A stretch of DNA of 63,979 nt, counting the filler, from Dugesia japonica (taxonomy: Eukaryota): NCBI GenBank assembly GCA_001938525.1. It is 7 parts of 7 records of this genome, joined end to end, with 100 filler letters (N's around TTAATTAATTAA, not from the genome) between each part and the next. Parts side by side here need not be neighbours in the genome. Positions count along the whole stretch, not along the records: positions 9,419 to 18,928 come from MQRL01295054.1; positions 19,029 to 29,039 come from MQRL01496055.1; 5 more parts are not named here. The stretch is one strand, 5' to 3'. Of this stretch, positions 12,574-26,800 are shown piece by piece; positions within the stretch are counted from its first letter, which is position 1; each line of letters opens with the position of its first letter. The translations under genes and the position numbers were made by a program. Under the pieces are notes generated by a model. The model saw only the letters and a list, made by a program, of their open reading frames with translations, was not told where the DNA came from and searched no databases.

Positions 12574-15500
12574 AGTAGGTAGATAGATATGCACCGCAAC
12601 AAATCCCCCTTTCCGGGGTAGATTTGTTTTTGTGGCACAAATTTGATTGGCCCCATACATGTTTCCTGTGATTTGCTTGGTAGAATTTTTTGTATGTGAT
12701 TACAAAAGTCAACACATAATTTCTAGTTTTTCACATAAAATTTCTTAGTCAACACATAAACATTTAACCAACAAGTTATACTTATAATCTGTCACACTAA
12801 AAATATAGTTAACCACATTGAAATTTCTATGTCAACGCTTTAAAATTATAATCCATTTCACAAAAGTCTAATTCATCCCATAAAAATTAACACTGAACAA
12901 GTAAATTTCTAAGTCGAGACATACAATCTTTAAGCCAACACATAAAAGTATAATATATCACACTAAAATTAAAATTCATCAGACAGAATTGTAACACACT
13001 ACACTAAAATTACATTCTATTTCACAAAATTTCATTCCATCACAGAAAAATTCTTATTATTCATAAGAAACGTTTTAACCAGTACATACAAAATTATAAT
13101 TTATTGTGCTAAAGTTATTAGAATTACTTAAAAATATATATAAGTCAATAAAACATATCAATCATTGTATATTTATATTAAAAGTTTTATAAATTACACA
13201 GAAGTATTCAATAACAATCAGAGATTACATAGAACATGATAAACTTTCTTAGTCAGCAGATAATAATTCAAACCAACTAAAAAACTTAAAATCCATCACA
13301 CTAAAAATATAGTTCTTTACATTGAAATTTCTAAATCAGCACTTTAAAATTACATTTCATCACACACAATTCTAAAACAACACATTACATCTTTAAGTTA
13401 CCATGTAAAATATAAGATTCATTATTGAAAATAAAGACTTAAACATGGAAAATAATCACCTTATCATAGAAAATTATAGTTTCATCACAAAACATAGACG
13501 TTTCATCATCGAATATACATGTATAATCAGGGTAAATACACGAGTCATCATAGAAAATTAGAGACAACTATATATAAAGTGTAGACCTTTTCATTAAGAA
13601 AACAACTTTCATCGTAAACCTTGAAATTCATGAGATTTTAAGATAAGAATTTAAAATGAATCAAATTTTATCGACTTAAAATTGATATGAATCAAACTTT
13701 AACAGCTTAAAATTTACAAGTTTAAAATTAAACAGTTTATAATTATCAAGTTTAAAGTTCATAAGTTTTAGATTCTTAAGTTAAAATTTCTTCTGCTTTT
13801 AATTAATAGGATTTTAAATTTATAACACCAGATTATAGTTTATTAATTATTTTGATTTTACAATTAATTTTTGTTTAACCATATTGATTAAAATATGGTT
13901 GATAATTATTATTTAATATTTGTTTTACTATTTCGATTTCAAATATGACATACACTTATTATTAAAAATTAAAAGTTATAAGTAATATTTATTTTATTTG
14001 TTGTTAATTAACATTTATATTTAGACATTATGAACAATTATAATATGAAGAATTTAAATATGTTAAATAAACAGAGGAATTTATTACAATCATATAAATT
14101 TTAATATGCCAAATGAAAATTATAACTTTGAATCAGGTATCAATTTATTTCACAAGTTAATGTATAAGTCATGAATTTAAAAAGTTTACATTTTTAATTT
14201 AAATTAGTTTTTTTAATTAAAAATCAAGTTATTTTTCAAGTTAATATTTTTATGTTTTTCTTTATTGATTTGGATAATTATTTTAAAGTTAAATGCTTTA
14301 CTTATTGTTCTTATTTAATAATAATTTCATATTAGGAATTCTTTTAATAAGTGTTGAATTATAAGATGACAACAAAAATAAGTGATGGATTTTAATTAAT
14401 ACCCATGACTTATTGATTTTAATTAATACCCATGACTTATTGATTGTAATAAATATCTATGACTTATTTATTGATTTAAATTAAATATCAAGAATTAAAT
14501 TTAGTGATTTTAATAAATGAACATTATTTTTTAATTGTAATTAATGATAATGGTTTAATTTAAATATTTATTTAATATCATGTATTGAATTTATAACAGG
14601 TAACTTTGAATTCTTTGCCATTTTGTGGATTTGTGTCTAGCCAAATATTGGCGTTGACGACTAACTCTTGTTATCTTATAAAGGTTATACATTTATAGCA
14701 ATGTATATTTGAAACCGGATGTGAACGACCGGAAGCATTGCTGCCAGAGATGCACATACTATAATCGAGCTTAGTCTAGTTAAAACTGATTGATAAGTTC
14801 AATTATAAACGGAATCAATTGGATGCTAACGGACCTTGATGGAATTGCTTCGTGGGACTGTACATTTTGGAGGAGGTCATTTATAAGGATGGATTTCAAA
14901 CAAAACTCTTAATATAGCAATGCATGAAAATAATTTTAATGATACTATTTATAACAAATTTAGTTAAAATACAAATAATATACTGATTATATTAATTTTA
15001 AACTATATTTTACTTAAACTTAAATATTAAGAATGATTTTCCTTCAGATAGTAATCGTTACTTTGGGTGAGCATTTAATATTGGTGAAACTTGGAACATC
15101 TTATGTCAGGAGCATTGAATAGTTTGTTCAAGGAGTACATAATGTTGGTTACAGTCTGGAGTGCGTACTCATAGACATCTCATAGTTTGCAGCATGTAAC
15201 AACTAATGTTTCCAACGAACATCTTATAGAATGAATCCTGAAACATTTAATATCTAAGTCGTTGAATGAATGTTAATATTGATAGGTTTAGCCCTGAATA
15301 GTTTATTCAGAGATCGTCTAATGTCTGAGCATATAATATGATGAGTTATGGAACATCTAATGTTGAGTGTGAACCCATAGACATCTTTTAATATGAGCCC
15401 TGGAGCAATTAATAGTATGAGCGATTGAACATTTAATAGTAAGAAACCTGAGCAACTAATTTTAGTATTTCCTGGGGAGAACCTTATGTTAGTATTATTA

Positions 15501-15866
15501 TTTCTCGTGAAACAATTAATCTTAATTTTAATATTGCCCGGGAAAAATTTAATGTTTATGTTAATATTACTAGTGAGGAAATTTACTTTAAAAGAGTCTT
15601 TCATTTTACTTTATTTAAATAAGATATCATTAATTTTATTTAAATTAAACCAAAACTTCTTAATTCCTCTTAATTTAAACAAAAATCAATAATTTCACTT
15701 AATTTACACATAAATAAATTATTTCACATAATTTAAACAAACAAATCATAAAAATCTATCAATTAAAACGAAAACTAATTGATACGTAATCGTTAAGTAA
15801 CCATGGAGTCATCAATACACAATCATGACGGGGGATTGTGGCGATGCGCACCACTATATATCTACT
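12574..15866. mobile_element. Non-autonomous Polinton-like element (AGTAG termini, 6-bp TSD)
   Basis: Left end agtaggtagatagatatgcaccgcaacaaatccccc; right end (reverse complement) agtagatatatagtggtgcgcatcgccacaatccccc. Flanks gtagca/gtaaca match 5 of 6. The interior is degenerate tandem repeats with no credible ORF. Confidence 0.7.
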
Positions 15867-16613
15867 GTAACACAGCAGATGGATTTATTTTCCAGTTAAA
15901 ATAATCAGTTAAAAATAATAAAACAGTACTCAAAACTAGACAAACTAATGAAATATGGAGTGCCAATCAATCGAAATTAAGTGTACTGTACCAATAAAAG
16001 TAGAGGATACTAAAATAATTTGACAAATAAAAATGGCAGACCGCCAGGGGTAATGGTCATTTCCTTCACTGTTGTATTATCTCTATACTCATATTTTATT
16101 TTTTAATTACAAAAAATAACAAAGAGAAAAAGAAAGTTAAGTAGGTTTAGTAACTTTTCTTTAAGAATGAAATATATATAAAATATATATAACTAGATTT
16201 TTTGTTTGATATATTTTATATTTTAACAAACAAGTCACTGAAATATAAATAAATTCGTTCTACAACAATTTTTACCAATTGTTGTAATTGTTGTGCAAAG
16301 AGTACTTTAATAAAATCACTTTTAAATAATTTTAATATTTAAGTTATTTTTAAATATAATTAATAAGCACAATTAAAAAATTTACAACACCAATTAATTT
16401 CTAAACAAAANNNNNNNNNNNNNNNNNNNNNNNNNNNNNNNNNNNNNNNNNNNNNNNNNNNNNNNNNNNNNNNNNNNNNNNNNNAAAAATTAATTTTTCT
16501 GTTTTTTAAAATTAGTTAATAAGAGAATTTTGATTTATTAGACAAAAAAACACAATTAATAATACTAGAAATATATTGAAATATGACAAAAATACTTAAA
16601 ACTAAATAATATT

Positions 16614-16930
16614 TGTTGGATGTAATCATTGATCGTTTATTAGAACTGATTAGAATAAAAGCTTCGGTCAATTTTCTTTTAAAAAGTCAATTCATGGCGA
16701 AGAAAAGATTGAAAATTCTAATTATTATCAAAAACAAAAAAAATTTTGATCGAAGCTTTTATTTTTATTTTAATGCATTCTGAAAAACAATCAATGGTTA
16801 CTGCCAAAAACTATGATATTCTCCAATAATTGCCATTGTTAAACAATTCTTTTTTGTTTTTGTTATAATTTCCAATTTTCAACTAAATCTTCGTCAGGAA
16901 TTGACTTTTTTGATTTATTCAAGATTTATA
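16614..16930. repeat. Penelope-associated palindromic repeat / pseudo-LTR with degenerate hammerhead
   Basis: Inverted arms gtaatcattgatcg..aaagcttcggtcaa / ttgatcgaagcttt..aatcaatggttac. Minus-strand aattcCTGACGAagatttagttGAAA at 16902-16867 lies just 3' of the GIY-YIG frame. Confidence 0.65.
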
Positions 16931-16974
16931 ATCGAAATATTTTTGATTTATTGAATTTTAATTGTTCAATTTTT

Positions 16975-17232
16975 TTAAAGTTTAATTATTTTATTAATAT
17001 AAATTGCAGTGATTATAAAATTATCTTCTTTAATTACTGATTCTTCATGTTTTTTCTTATGAAGTTTAGAAATGTAGCCTGTTCCTAGAGTTTTCAATGT
17101 TATGTGATGTTGTTTTGTTGAAATTTTATGTTTGTGTTGAAAGTGTTTGAAGACTTCACTTTCTGTTTTTTTGAAATCATCTTTAATTCGTGTTCGGATG
17201 ATTCTGCATGTTTCACCTATACATGTTTCTGA
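16975..17232 (-). pseudogene. Penelope-like element GIY-YIG endonuclease remnant
   Basis: ETCIGETCRIIRTRIKDD...SEVFKHFQHKH...KKKHEESVIKE follows the PLE pattern YIGETxRxLxxRxKEH...SxVxxH...H...RKxxExxxI. Confidence 0.75.
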
Positions 17233-17239
17233 CGAAGAC

Positions 17240-17696
17240 AGTAGATAGATACTAGCGCACTGGAATAGTACTTCCCCACCGCCAACTATTTTCGACCTTA
17301 TGATTGTTTTAGTGTTTCTGAATTGCACCATTTTGATTAGTCATTACGTATATATGAATTAACTTTTGACTTTGGGTTGAAATGGTCGATATAATTAATT
17401 ATTATATAATTAAGTTTGAAAATTCAAATATTGGGTTCAAATTTTTAAAATATTTTTATACTATTCAACTAAAAATAGAAAGTTACATTTTTTTATGAGA
17501 ATATATGGTTGAGGAAATAATATATAATCATATAATTAATTATAAATTATAATTAATTTGTGCTACTAGCTGCCCTTCCTTTTCTTTCATATATGCGCGA
17601 TGACCATTACCACAACTTTTAGCACAGGTGATCTGTTCTCACAATGAGTGAGGCTCGATAACTAATAGTGAACCAGTGCGCTCACATCTACTTACT
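17240..17696. mobile_element. ~460-bp mini-element with AGTAG-type TIRs
   Basis: Left agtagatagatactagcgcactgg; right (reverse complement) agtaagtagatgtgagcgcactgg. No TSD evident. Confidence 0.6.
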
Positions 17697-18395
17697 AAAT
17701 AGTAACAAATTAATTCAAAATTTTCCATACTTAAAAAATTTGCTATTATGATTTTAATTTATCCATAAAAATTTTAAGTTTATTTTCAAAATTGACTTTA
17801 GAAATTTATTCAAAACATAATTCACTTTACCCACAAAAGAATAGTTTTAATTAAATTAATCAATCCATCATACTTAATTTATTTAATAAATTATATAATT
17901 TATTTTCAATAAATGTTTAGAATTAATTTGAATGAATGAATTTAATAATAAAAAACTCATTGTATAAATTAAACTTTAATCAGAATTTTACGATAAAAAT
18001 AAAACAATTTATTAAAAAATGCACAAAATCTAATTTAATTTTCAAAATTTTAAGTAAAATATCGAACAGATAAAATAATTAAATATTACAAAGGAAAATA
18101 TCACCTGTGTAAATAAACTAGAGATGACTTTTGTTGTTTCCTTTGAGAATTATTTGATTTACATTGAAATTCATAAAAATTGTTAACAGAATGGAGATAA
18201 ATTGTTCTTCATTGCAAGACCACTTTCCGTATAAAACGTTGTTCACCAATGAAAATACTATAAGAGTATCGACACAAATTATTAAGACATTTAAAATTAT
18301 TTTTTTCTTGGTTTTTAATTTTTGCAAAATTTATTTTTAATGGAATTGAGTAATTATATATTGATCATACCATAATTATACCAGTAATTATACTA

Positions 18396-18597
18396 TTGAT
18401 CGTATTTCAGAATTCATTTAAAATAAATAAAAACTTTAATCAAAATTTTGTTTTTTTTGTTTTTGAATTTTGTTTATTGAACAATTCAATATTTCAGGAA
18501 TTCACTTCCTGAAGAAGACAAAGTTAAAATATTGAATTGTTATCAGAAACCAAAAAAAACAAAATTTTGATCGAGGCTTTTATTTATTTTAAATGAA
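18396..18597. repeat. Palindromic repeat with hammerhead-like core (same family as 16614 and 56390)
   Basis: Arms ttcatttaaaataaataaaa..atcaaaattttg / caaaattttgat..ttttatttattttaaatgaa. Centre caggaa-ttcac-ttcCTGAAGAagacaaagttaaaatattgaatt. Confidence 0.7.
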
Positions 18598-19028
18598 AAT
18601 ATGCTTAAGTCACATTATACAAATAAATTATTCATACTCTAAATATTAAAATATAAAAATATGCTTTAATATATATTTTAAATTATATCAAACATATTTT
18701 GATAATATCAATTTTTAAAAGAAATGCGTACAATACAATTGACTAATTTTNNNNNNNNNNNNNNNNNNNNNNNNNNNNNNNNNNNNNNNNNNNNNNNNNN
18801 NNNNNNNNNNNNNNNNNNNNNNNNNNNNNNNNNNNNNNNNNNNNNNNNNNNNNNNNNNNNNNNNNNNNNNNNNNNNNNNNNNNNNNNNNNNNNNNTATAA
18901 CATGTTATAGATAATATATAATAAATTANNNNNNNNNNNNNNNNNNNNNNNNNNNNNNNNNNNNNNNNNNNNTTAATTAATTAANNNNNNNNNNNNNNNN
19001 NNNNNNNNNNNNNNNNNNNNNNNNNNNN

Positions 19029-19426
19029 AAGATAGTTTTCAGAATATAAGAATTTTGTTTGATATTTGTGGAACCTTTCTAGCGTCGAGTGATAATTGTG
19101 AAAGAGGCTTTAGTATGATGAATTTGGCAATGACAAAATTTAGAAACAGATTTGACGTAAATCAGTTGAGTAACTTAATAAAAATAAAGTCACACTTAAT
19201 GTCCAAAAATGTTATTGACTTGGATAAAGCATACCATTACTGGAAGCACGCCAAATACAGGCGAGGAAAAAATAATCATTTAATTAATTTAAATATGTAT
19301 AATATTGAAAGAAAAAAGATTTTCCACTAATAAAATACATAATTTACGTAATTTTGGTTTAATATTTTAATCATGGCACAATTTATTTTTTTTCCTGCTC
19401 AGCTAAAGAAATTAGAGGGAACGTTG
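19029..19426 (+). mobile_element. hAT transposon 3' end (dimerisation domain plus right TIR)
   Basis: DICGTFLASSDNCERGFSMMNLAMTKFRNRF..QLSNLIKI is the hAT C-terminal motif. The terminus aaattagagggaacgttg reads caacgttccctctaattt on the other strand, an hAT-type TIR. Confidence 0.85.
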
Positions 19427-20719
19427 CATGTGATATATATATATATATATATATTTACTAACTGAAATATGAACGAATATATTTTTGAACAAGGCTCTTG
19501 TCTCTTATCTCTCCCGCAGTATTGATTACAGGTAATAAATTGTCGCGCACCTTAAACTGTCCATGGTGCAAAAATAAACGTTCTGTTTCATGAAGCCATT
19601 TAATGGTGTCTGACGGCTTGTGAATATAAACTTCATTTTCTTCTGATCCGGATGATTGCACTCCGTCTATTGATTCCAGCCGTGGCTGATTGCTTTAAAC
19701 GTCATTTAAAATTTAATTTCCTTCATCAGGTTCATGGCAGACAAGTTATGAAACGGTTAAGTATTTAATGTACTTATTTGTACCATAGTTATTATGCATG
19801 AAAATCATTGTTTGTTTCAGTTAACATATTTAGATTTATGTATAATCCTGTGAAATATGTATATATTCTGTTACAGTTAATGCATATTTTCATGGAATTT
19901 CTATAGAAAATATATTATTGTATTGAAAATAGGTTATATTATATGAAAATATTTATATAAAATTATGAAATTACTGTTTAAGTAAGAAATTTATGTGTAT
20001 GACGGATTGAAAATTTTGTATTATTTATGGAAGTTAGGCATTTTAAATATGATTTAATGAAAATAAAATGTGTTAATGAAATCAGTCTATATTTATATGA
20101 AAGTTGGTTATATTTAGAAGAAATTAATGTACAACAACCAGAATAGTACATGTTATGTATGGAAGTGTTATATACTTGCATGAAGTAAGTATTCTAATAA
20201 AATTACTATAATATTTAAAAACATTTTGTATGAGTTAATGTAATTAGATTAATTTTAAAACATTTTCATGTTTTAGTGTAAATGATATAATAATTTTTAC
20301 AATTTGTGAGTAAATCAATTAACTTAAAGTATTTGTCTTAATAAAATCTATAGAACACTTAATAAATCGAGTAAACTAAATACACCCAATGATTGGAATA
20401 CACTCAATACACCTACCAAACCAAGTAAATTCATTAAATCTCTAACATCTGATGAATATAATGAAACAAGTACAACAAAATACTTCTGATGAACTATATA
20501 AATCCATTAAACATATAACATATGATGAAACCAATACAACAATACAATTTCTAAATTTCTATACAACTCTACAAAATGTCATTGAAATGATAGATTTAAG
20601 AATGTTCGTTAAGAAGACAAAAGTCAAAATTTTGAATATCTATAAAACAGTAATTTGATCGAAGAATGAAATCTCAAATGCGATCAATGTTTAAGTCCAA
20701 CAATTATTCTCGCAATAAT

Positions 20720-21090
20720 TGTAATTATAAAACCTTATAAAACCTTGTTAAACCTTAGAAATTCCTACAAAACATAATAAAAACCCTAGAAAAACTCGAA
20801 TTGTAACAATATATAACCCTTATTGAAACCCTAAAACCCATATTGATACCCAATAAAACCTAATAAATATTCTAAAAAAAATTCTATAAAACATTATGAA
20901 AACACTATAAGCCATAACATCTAACCCAATAAAAATTGATAGAAACCCAAATAAAACAATGTAGAAACCATACAAAAACCCTATAGAAATCCTTGAGACC
21001 TCCTACAAATACCTATAGAAACACAAGAAAACACTATAGGCACCCAAAAGAAACTATAGTGAATCACTATTGAACCCTATAAAACGTTAA
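20720..21090. repeat. Degenerate short-period tandem array (aaaaccctatag-like); similar arrays at ~35000-36720
   Basis: Recurrent aaaccct/aaacact/tatagaaa units with strong strand skew. Confidence 0.55.
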
Positions 21091-23734
21091 CTCTCGTACG
21101 AACCAACAAAACAATGAACTATATACAATCTTTAATGATAGGTGAAAAACTCGCATTAAGGGATTATTGTTTTGTTGAAGATTCCCAATATTTATTACAA
21201 GAAAAATCAAATTTAAACCAATACGTTAAAAATATTTGTTTATAACATTTTCTATCAATAATGCAATTTGAAATATTGATTAATAATATTCAACAAGGAT
21301 ACTTCTGTTTTTAAATATCAATATTTCCAATCTAATCCTAAATATAGTTCACCATAACTTTTATAAAATGTTTCCTGAAAAATAAAAATTATAAACCAAA
21401 TAAACACATGTAAATAGAAATAAATTAGAGTGAGTATTTTGCAATAAAAATTAATTTAAAATCTTTTTTCATTATTTTGAAACATTAATATAATTATTTT
21501 CTTCGTAAGAGGCTTTTCGTTGACAATTTTTCCATTCCATTCGATAAAACACAATCCATTAATTAAAATTTATTCTGTCTAATAGGTGATAATTTTAAAT
21601 AATAACTTTATAGCAGTTATAAGCCTCTATTCATATGTCTAATTTTCAACTCGACTAATTATTATTATTATTTTAATGTATATTATTATAAAATAATAAA
21701 AGAATTATTTACCAATTTAAATATTTTAAAAATAAACTGCATTATTTTTTAAAATTAAAGAATAGAATAATGAAGATAATTATTTTTAATATACATAACT
21801 TTTGTTTATAAATGCTATGAAAATAAATTTGTAAAATCATTGAGGAAGTAATTTAATCCATCAACTTCGGTTTTCATTATTTTTTTAATAATATCTTTTC
21901 CTACATAAATTCTCTATGTGGCAGTGACAAATTTGCTACAACTTTCTGTATTATTATTTCATATTTTATATATTCTATTAAAATAACATAATGATTATTT
22001 TTACTTTCATTATTGCTCATTTCATATACTTATAGAACACGTTTAGATAAACTGATAATAAAAATATTGATATTCAACTTGGAAAAAGTGTTTTTTCTCA
22101 ATTTTTCTTTGTAAAATTTAGAGACTTGTAGTGATAAATAACAATATTATCTGCTATTGATTGATATTTATCTTTTCTTATAAATTTTTTACCTCACTAC
22201 AGACGCTCGATTTCTAGTACTTATTTTTATTCTCTTTTGGTGTCTTCTTTGTATTTTTAGTTCAAGCATAATGGGTGAAAATCCAAACTTTATTGATACT
22301 TTTAAATGAATTTATAAATTTGGAATTTTCATATCTTTAATTACAAGATTTCTTTTCTAAATAGTTACATTTTCAAAACAAAATTTAGATTTTGAATATT
22401 GGAATTTTATAATATTACTTTACTATATTATTAAATTGATAAGAAACATAATTAATTAAAGATTTTAATTGAAAATATTACAACTCCCTTTTCATGTTCT
22501 GAGTTTAGAAAAGATTAAATTTACGTTATATTTAAAATGATCTTATTATCATAAAATTGATAAAATGTGAATTTATTTAAAAAATGCTCGACAGTTTTCT
22601 AAATTTGATAATTATAAATTAGCAATTTGCATTTATTTTCTTTTTATAGCTGGCACAATAAAATATCAATTCATATATAAAACCCTGGTGGTGTATGTTT
22701 GTTTGCGCGTGATGCTGAAAATTTTAAACTAAAGCTAAAAAACAAAATAATCGCAGACTGAACATGATCGGCCAACTTCATAAAATAATTGATGTTCCAA
22801 ATAAGATGAGTGATGGGTGAGAAAATCAAAGTGAAGATGAGGTCCGTTGGACAATAGGAAGAAAGAGAGCAGGCGATAGACACTGATGTCAAGAAAAAAA
22901 AGATCTCTTGAGCAATTCCTGAGCACACAAAACAAAATGACAAAAATGAAGTGACTTAAAAGTTGAGTAGTTGGTAGGAATTTAATGATCCATAAATAAA
23001 ATTTTATTCAAAAAAGTTCTGTGAAGGTTTTTTACTACGCGCATTCTTTGATCACAGGACGGCTTTTCGCTCATATACCACCCAGTATAATTAGAAATAA
23101 TTATAATATTATTGTCACAGATGAAAATTGAACCATCTGATAAAAAGATTGTGCCCAACACATATTCCATTATTATTAGTTAATATCTTAAAATTTATGA
23201 ATTTACAAGTGGAATAAAAATTCAAAAGTACAAAACACATATTATAAGAAACAATATAAAAATATGAATATCAAAACGTAAATATGTGAAAAATAAAATA
23301 CAATATACATATATATATATATATAATTGACTAGAAATTTCATTTGATAATCTAATTCTGAAGATCTTAATTTTTCTGCATAACTACCTATTAAAAAGAA
23401 CTCGCGCGATTTGCACATCATAGACCAACTTTCCAGAAACTATAAGATGTTATATTTTTCGTTATTGAACATTCAAATGGTTGTCACTAATCAAACAGAC
23501 TATTACTCAGTCAAAGCTATCATGTTTATAATAACGAGGTTGGGGTGATTGATTTTCCGAGTTAGGATATAACCACCTATTTTAATAACCAATAAAAACA
23601 AATCTTAAGGTCTGAATCACAACTTTGAACCTCCAATACCAAAATCCTTAATTCGAAATCATTAAGTAGTGCTCATTTGCAAATTAATTAATAATACGAA
23701 TTATCATTTTTCAAATTAACATATTAAGAAAAAA

Positions 23735-23814
23735 GCTGATGATTTAAGACCAACTAGAAATTAAGACAAAGCAAGAATCAACTCTTAATCTTTGGTTGGT
23801 CTTTATTCATCAGC
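23735..23814. other. 80-nt hairpin (32-bp stem, 16-nt loop)
   Basis: gctgatgatttaagaccaactagaaattaaga pairs with tcttaatctttggttggtctttattcatcagc, with three mismatches and two G-U pairs. Confidence 0.7.
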
Positions 23815-26800
23815 CATGTTTAACAAAGAATCTTTTTGTAAACAATCTTTAAAGAAAAGGAAAAAATATCTTGATTCTTGTCTGGTTTTTATTCTATAAC
23901 CTTAATAAAATCGTTGAATTAGAATAAAAAGGTTTAAAAATTATTTTGAAAAAACATAACTATTCATTAAATTAGAAATAAAATATTCAAATGTATAAAA
24001 TTAGCTAGAAAACTTTTCCAACATCGAAGAAATTTATTTTCATTTCCCAATCTACCATTTAAAACATTAGAATATCTACTTTAGATTATCTAATAATAAT
24101 AAGCATTCGAATTTAAAAAAATCAAGTTTAACTATGAATATTTACAATACTATCTGAATATTACATCAATGTTTCAGTTCGTGTAAAAATGGTTTGGTAG
24201 ATTAATTTTTCTGATAACTGCTGAAAAGTATTTTAAGAAAATAATACATTAATTTGTCTAATTGGAATTGCTTTAATTTAATATAAAAAAATTGATTGCA
24301 TTTAATTCTTGAATCTGTAAAAATTATTGAAAAAATCTCAACCAAACCTGGTAAATCATGAGTGTCAGTAATATTTCAACGAGCAATAAATTTTAATTTA
24401 GAAACCAATGATAATAATATATGAAAATATTTCACTGAAACAGGAATATTGGAAATGATTTATGAAAATAGTCTAAAATTGAAAATTACATTATTTTTAT
24501 AATGCTAAAAGCAGACATTAGGAAATTTCCTAATATTTTATGTATGAAATTGATTATTAAACAATATGACAAAGAATAAATTTTGCAATTTTTGAGAAAT
24601 ATATAAAAAATTTGTGCCAATTTTTAAAGAAAAATATCAATTTGTTTATATTTATTTACAAATATCAATTTTTGAGATTAAAATCATTTGGATGTAATTT
24701 ATTAATTATTTCGAAAGTTCAAATTAACTAATTTTTGTAACTAACAATTTCACGACAATCTTAAAGAATAAATTTAATAATAATAAAAATGATGATTAAA
24801 ATTAAATTTGTTAGTTACATAATAATTAAATTATTTATTAATTGAATTATTTATTGATTAAGTTATCGAATGCTTAATTGTTGGATGAAATATTTTTGAT
24901 ACATTTAAAAATTATAATTACTAAGACAATATCATAAATAATTAGAAAAATTGTTAAGAAAATGTTATATTTAATTATTGTTTTTAAAAGTACAATCATT
25001 TTTTTATGAACACTGTAAAATTGATCAATATTGAAATAATAATAATAATAATAATAATAGGAATACTAAAAGAAATTGCGAAAATCTTTTATGAATTAGA
25101 ATTCTGTGTAGTATCTGTCATAAGATTATAGTTGTCAGTGAAATCTTCAAATGATAATTTATTTTCGAAATCATAACTATTACTTATTCATTTATTTCAC
25201 TATTAACTGAAATAATTGATTTAAATAAATATAGAGTAAATAGAAATAATTCTGTAAAATTAATTATTTTAATCCATTTCAACTGGATGAAGTTATTCCC
25301 TTATAACTGTAATTTTAAACTGATATTTNATTTGAAAGAAAACTAATTATTAGAGATATTAAGTAAAATGTTATCGGATGTGTTTAGAGTTTATTAAAGA
25401 AACTTATTATTTTTTCTGCAAAGATTTTTTAATTTATTTATTAAAAATTTAAATTTTCAACTTGTTATTGGTTCAAATTATGGTTTTAATCTTAATAATT
25501 GATATACATATTTTGTTTTGAAAATTGAAAATTATAATTCATTTAATTATCTAAAAAGGTAAAACAAGTTTTACTCTCCAAAAAAACTGACTGATAAAAA
25601 CTGACACCAAAGAGCATAATTTTATTATTCAAACAGAATAGACCAAATTCTTTATTATAATTTATAAAAAAACAAAAGCAGCAGCCCAGGAATATGTACC
25701 GCAACATGGATACAATCAATGCTATGAGTTGACAGAACAAGTTTTATACATTTTCGTTAATTGCATAATCGATATAAAGGAAATTTTGAATAGGTGCCAA
25801 ATATTTAAAACGATATTAATATCAAAACTAGATTAAGATATCAAATTAGCGATATATCTCTTCTATAACGTTTAAAAATATATATATACATCTTGCTTTA
25901 CGAAACAGCTTGAAAATTGTACAAACCAAAATAATTTACTTTACCTACCAAAAAATGCACTACAATTTCAGAAGAATGTATAGAAAACAAGGACGTCATT
26001 AGAACAATTTTCAAAAGAATAAATTGAAAAATCCACAATTATTTTCATACAATTATTTTCTCTGATACTTTTTGTTCCATCCAAATTAAACATATAACTG
26101 GTATTCTCAAACATATGGATATGTAAATGCAATCATTAAACCTAACTGAATCCATATACAGCAACTATATACACCTGTTGTAATATTAAAACTTCAACCA
26201 ATGCAATTAATGGATGAAATAGACAATGATGCCTTCTCTCCGTGCTTATTTTTAAAACAGGCATAAGTCCGGTACCAGAAAAATGTAATTTAATTTAACA
26301 AAGTAGAAATAGAGAAATAAATAAATGGCACTGTTTTAAAAGGATAAAACTTCAAAATCCTAAAAACAATGGTAAACACAACAAATTGCTGGACTAAATG
26401 GAGTGGGATGAACCCCACTCTAATAACCCTAATAAATGGGACTAACAATATGCACATTGCATCATCGACAAAGATACAAAAACAGACCATAATTCAATAA
26501 TAGACACTAACCAATATGAAACATATAGATACCTTGAGGTTACTNTATGTAAAAATATCAAACAAAAGACAAAAATGTTTTTGAGAAATTACAAACAGAT
26601 TAGATAAAATACAACATTCTCTTCCCTAGAAAAATACTAACGCATACAGCACGTTTTTACACCCAGTCCTTGTTTTGTAAAATTTAATAAGAAAGGACCA
26701 AATTGAAATTGAATCGATAACAGGAAAAGAATATGACGTCCGAAAATGCATAAAAAATGTGTAGCATTTCTGCATAACATACTGACTTTAAGATATATAC

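Noticed and set aside
15254-15692. Overlapping ORFs of 116 and 68 aa
   Set aside because: They derive from degenerate tandem repeats and have no protein motif.
19458-19661. 67-aa minus-strand ORF in a higher-GC patch
   Set aside because: GTG start, no recognisable motif and no second copy in the window.
24300-24400. Alternative genetic code (TGA read as Trp)
   Set aside because: Long ORFs here use TGG for Trp, and all three stop types interrupt the decayed frames; ordinary decay explains it.
25900-26770. Possible LINE endonuclease remnant (also 2810-3800 minus, with EERICTSC and KPWI)
   Set aside because: Only isolated short motifs amid many stops; not supportable without a profile search.
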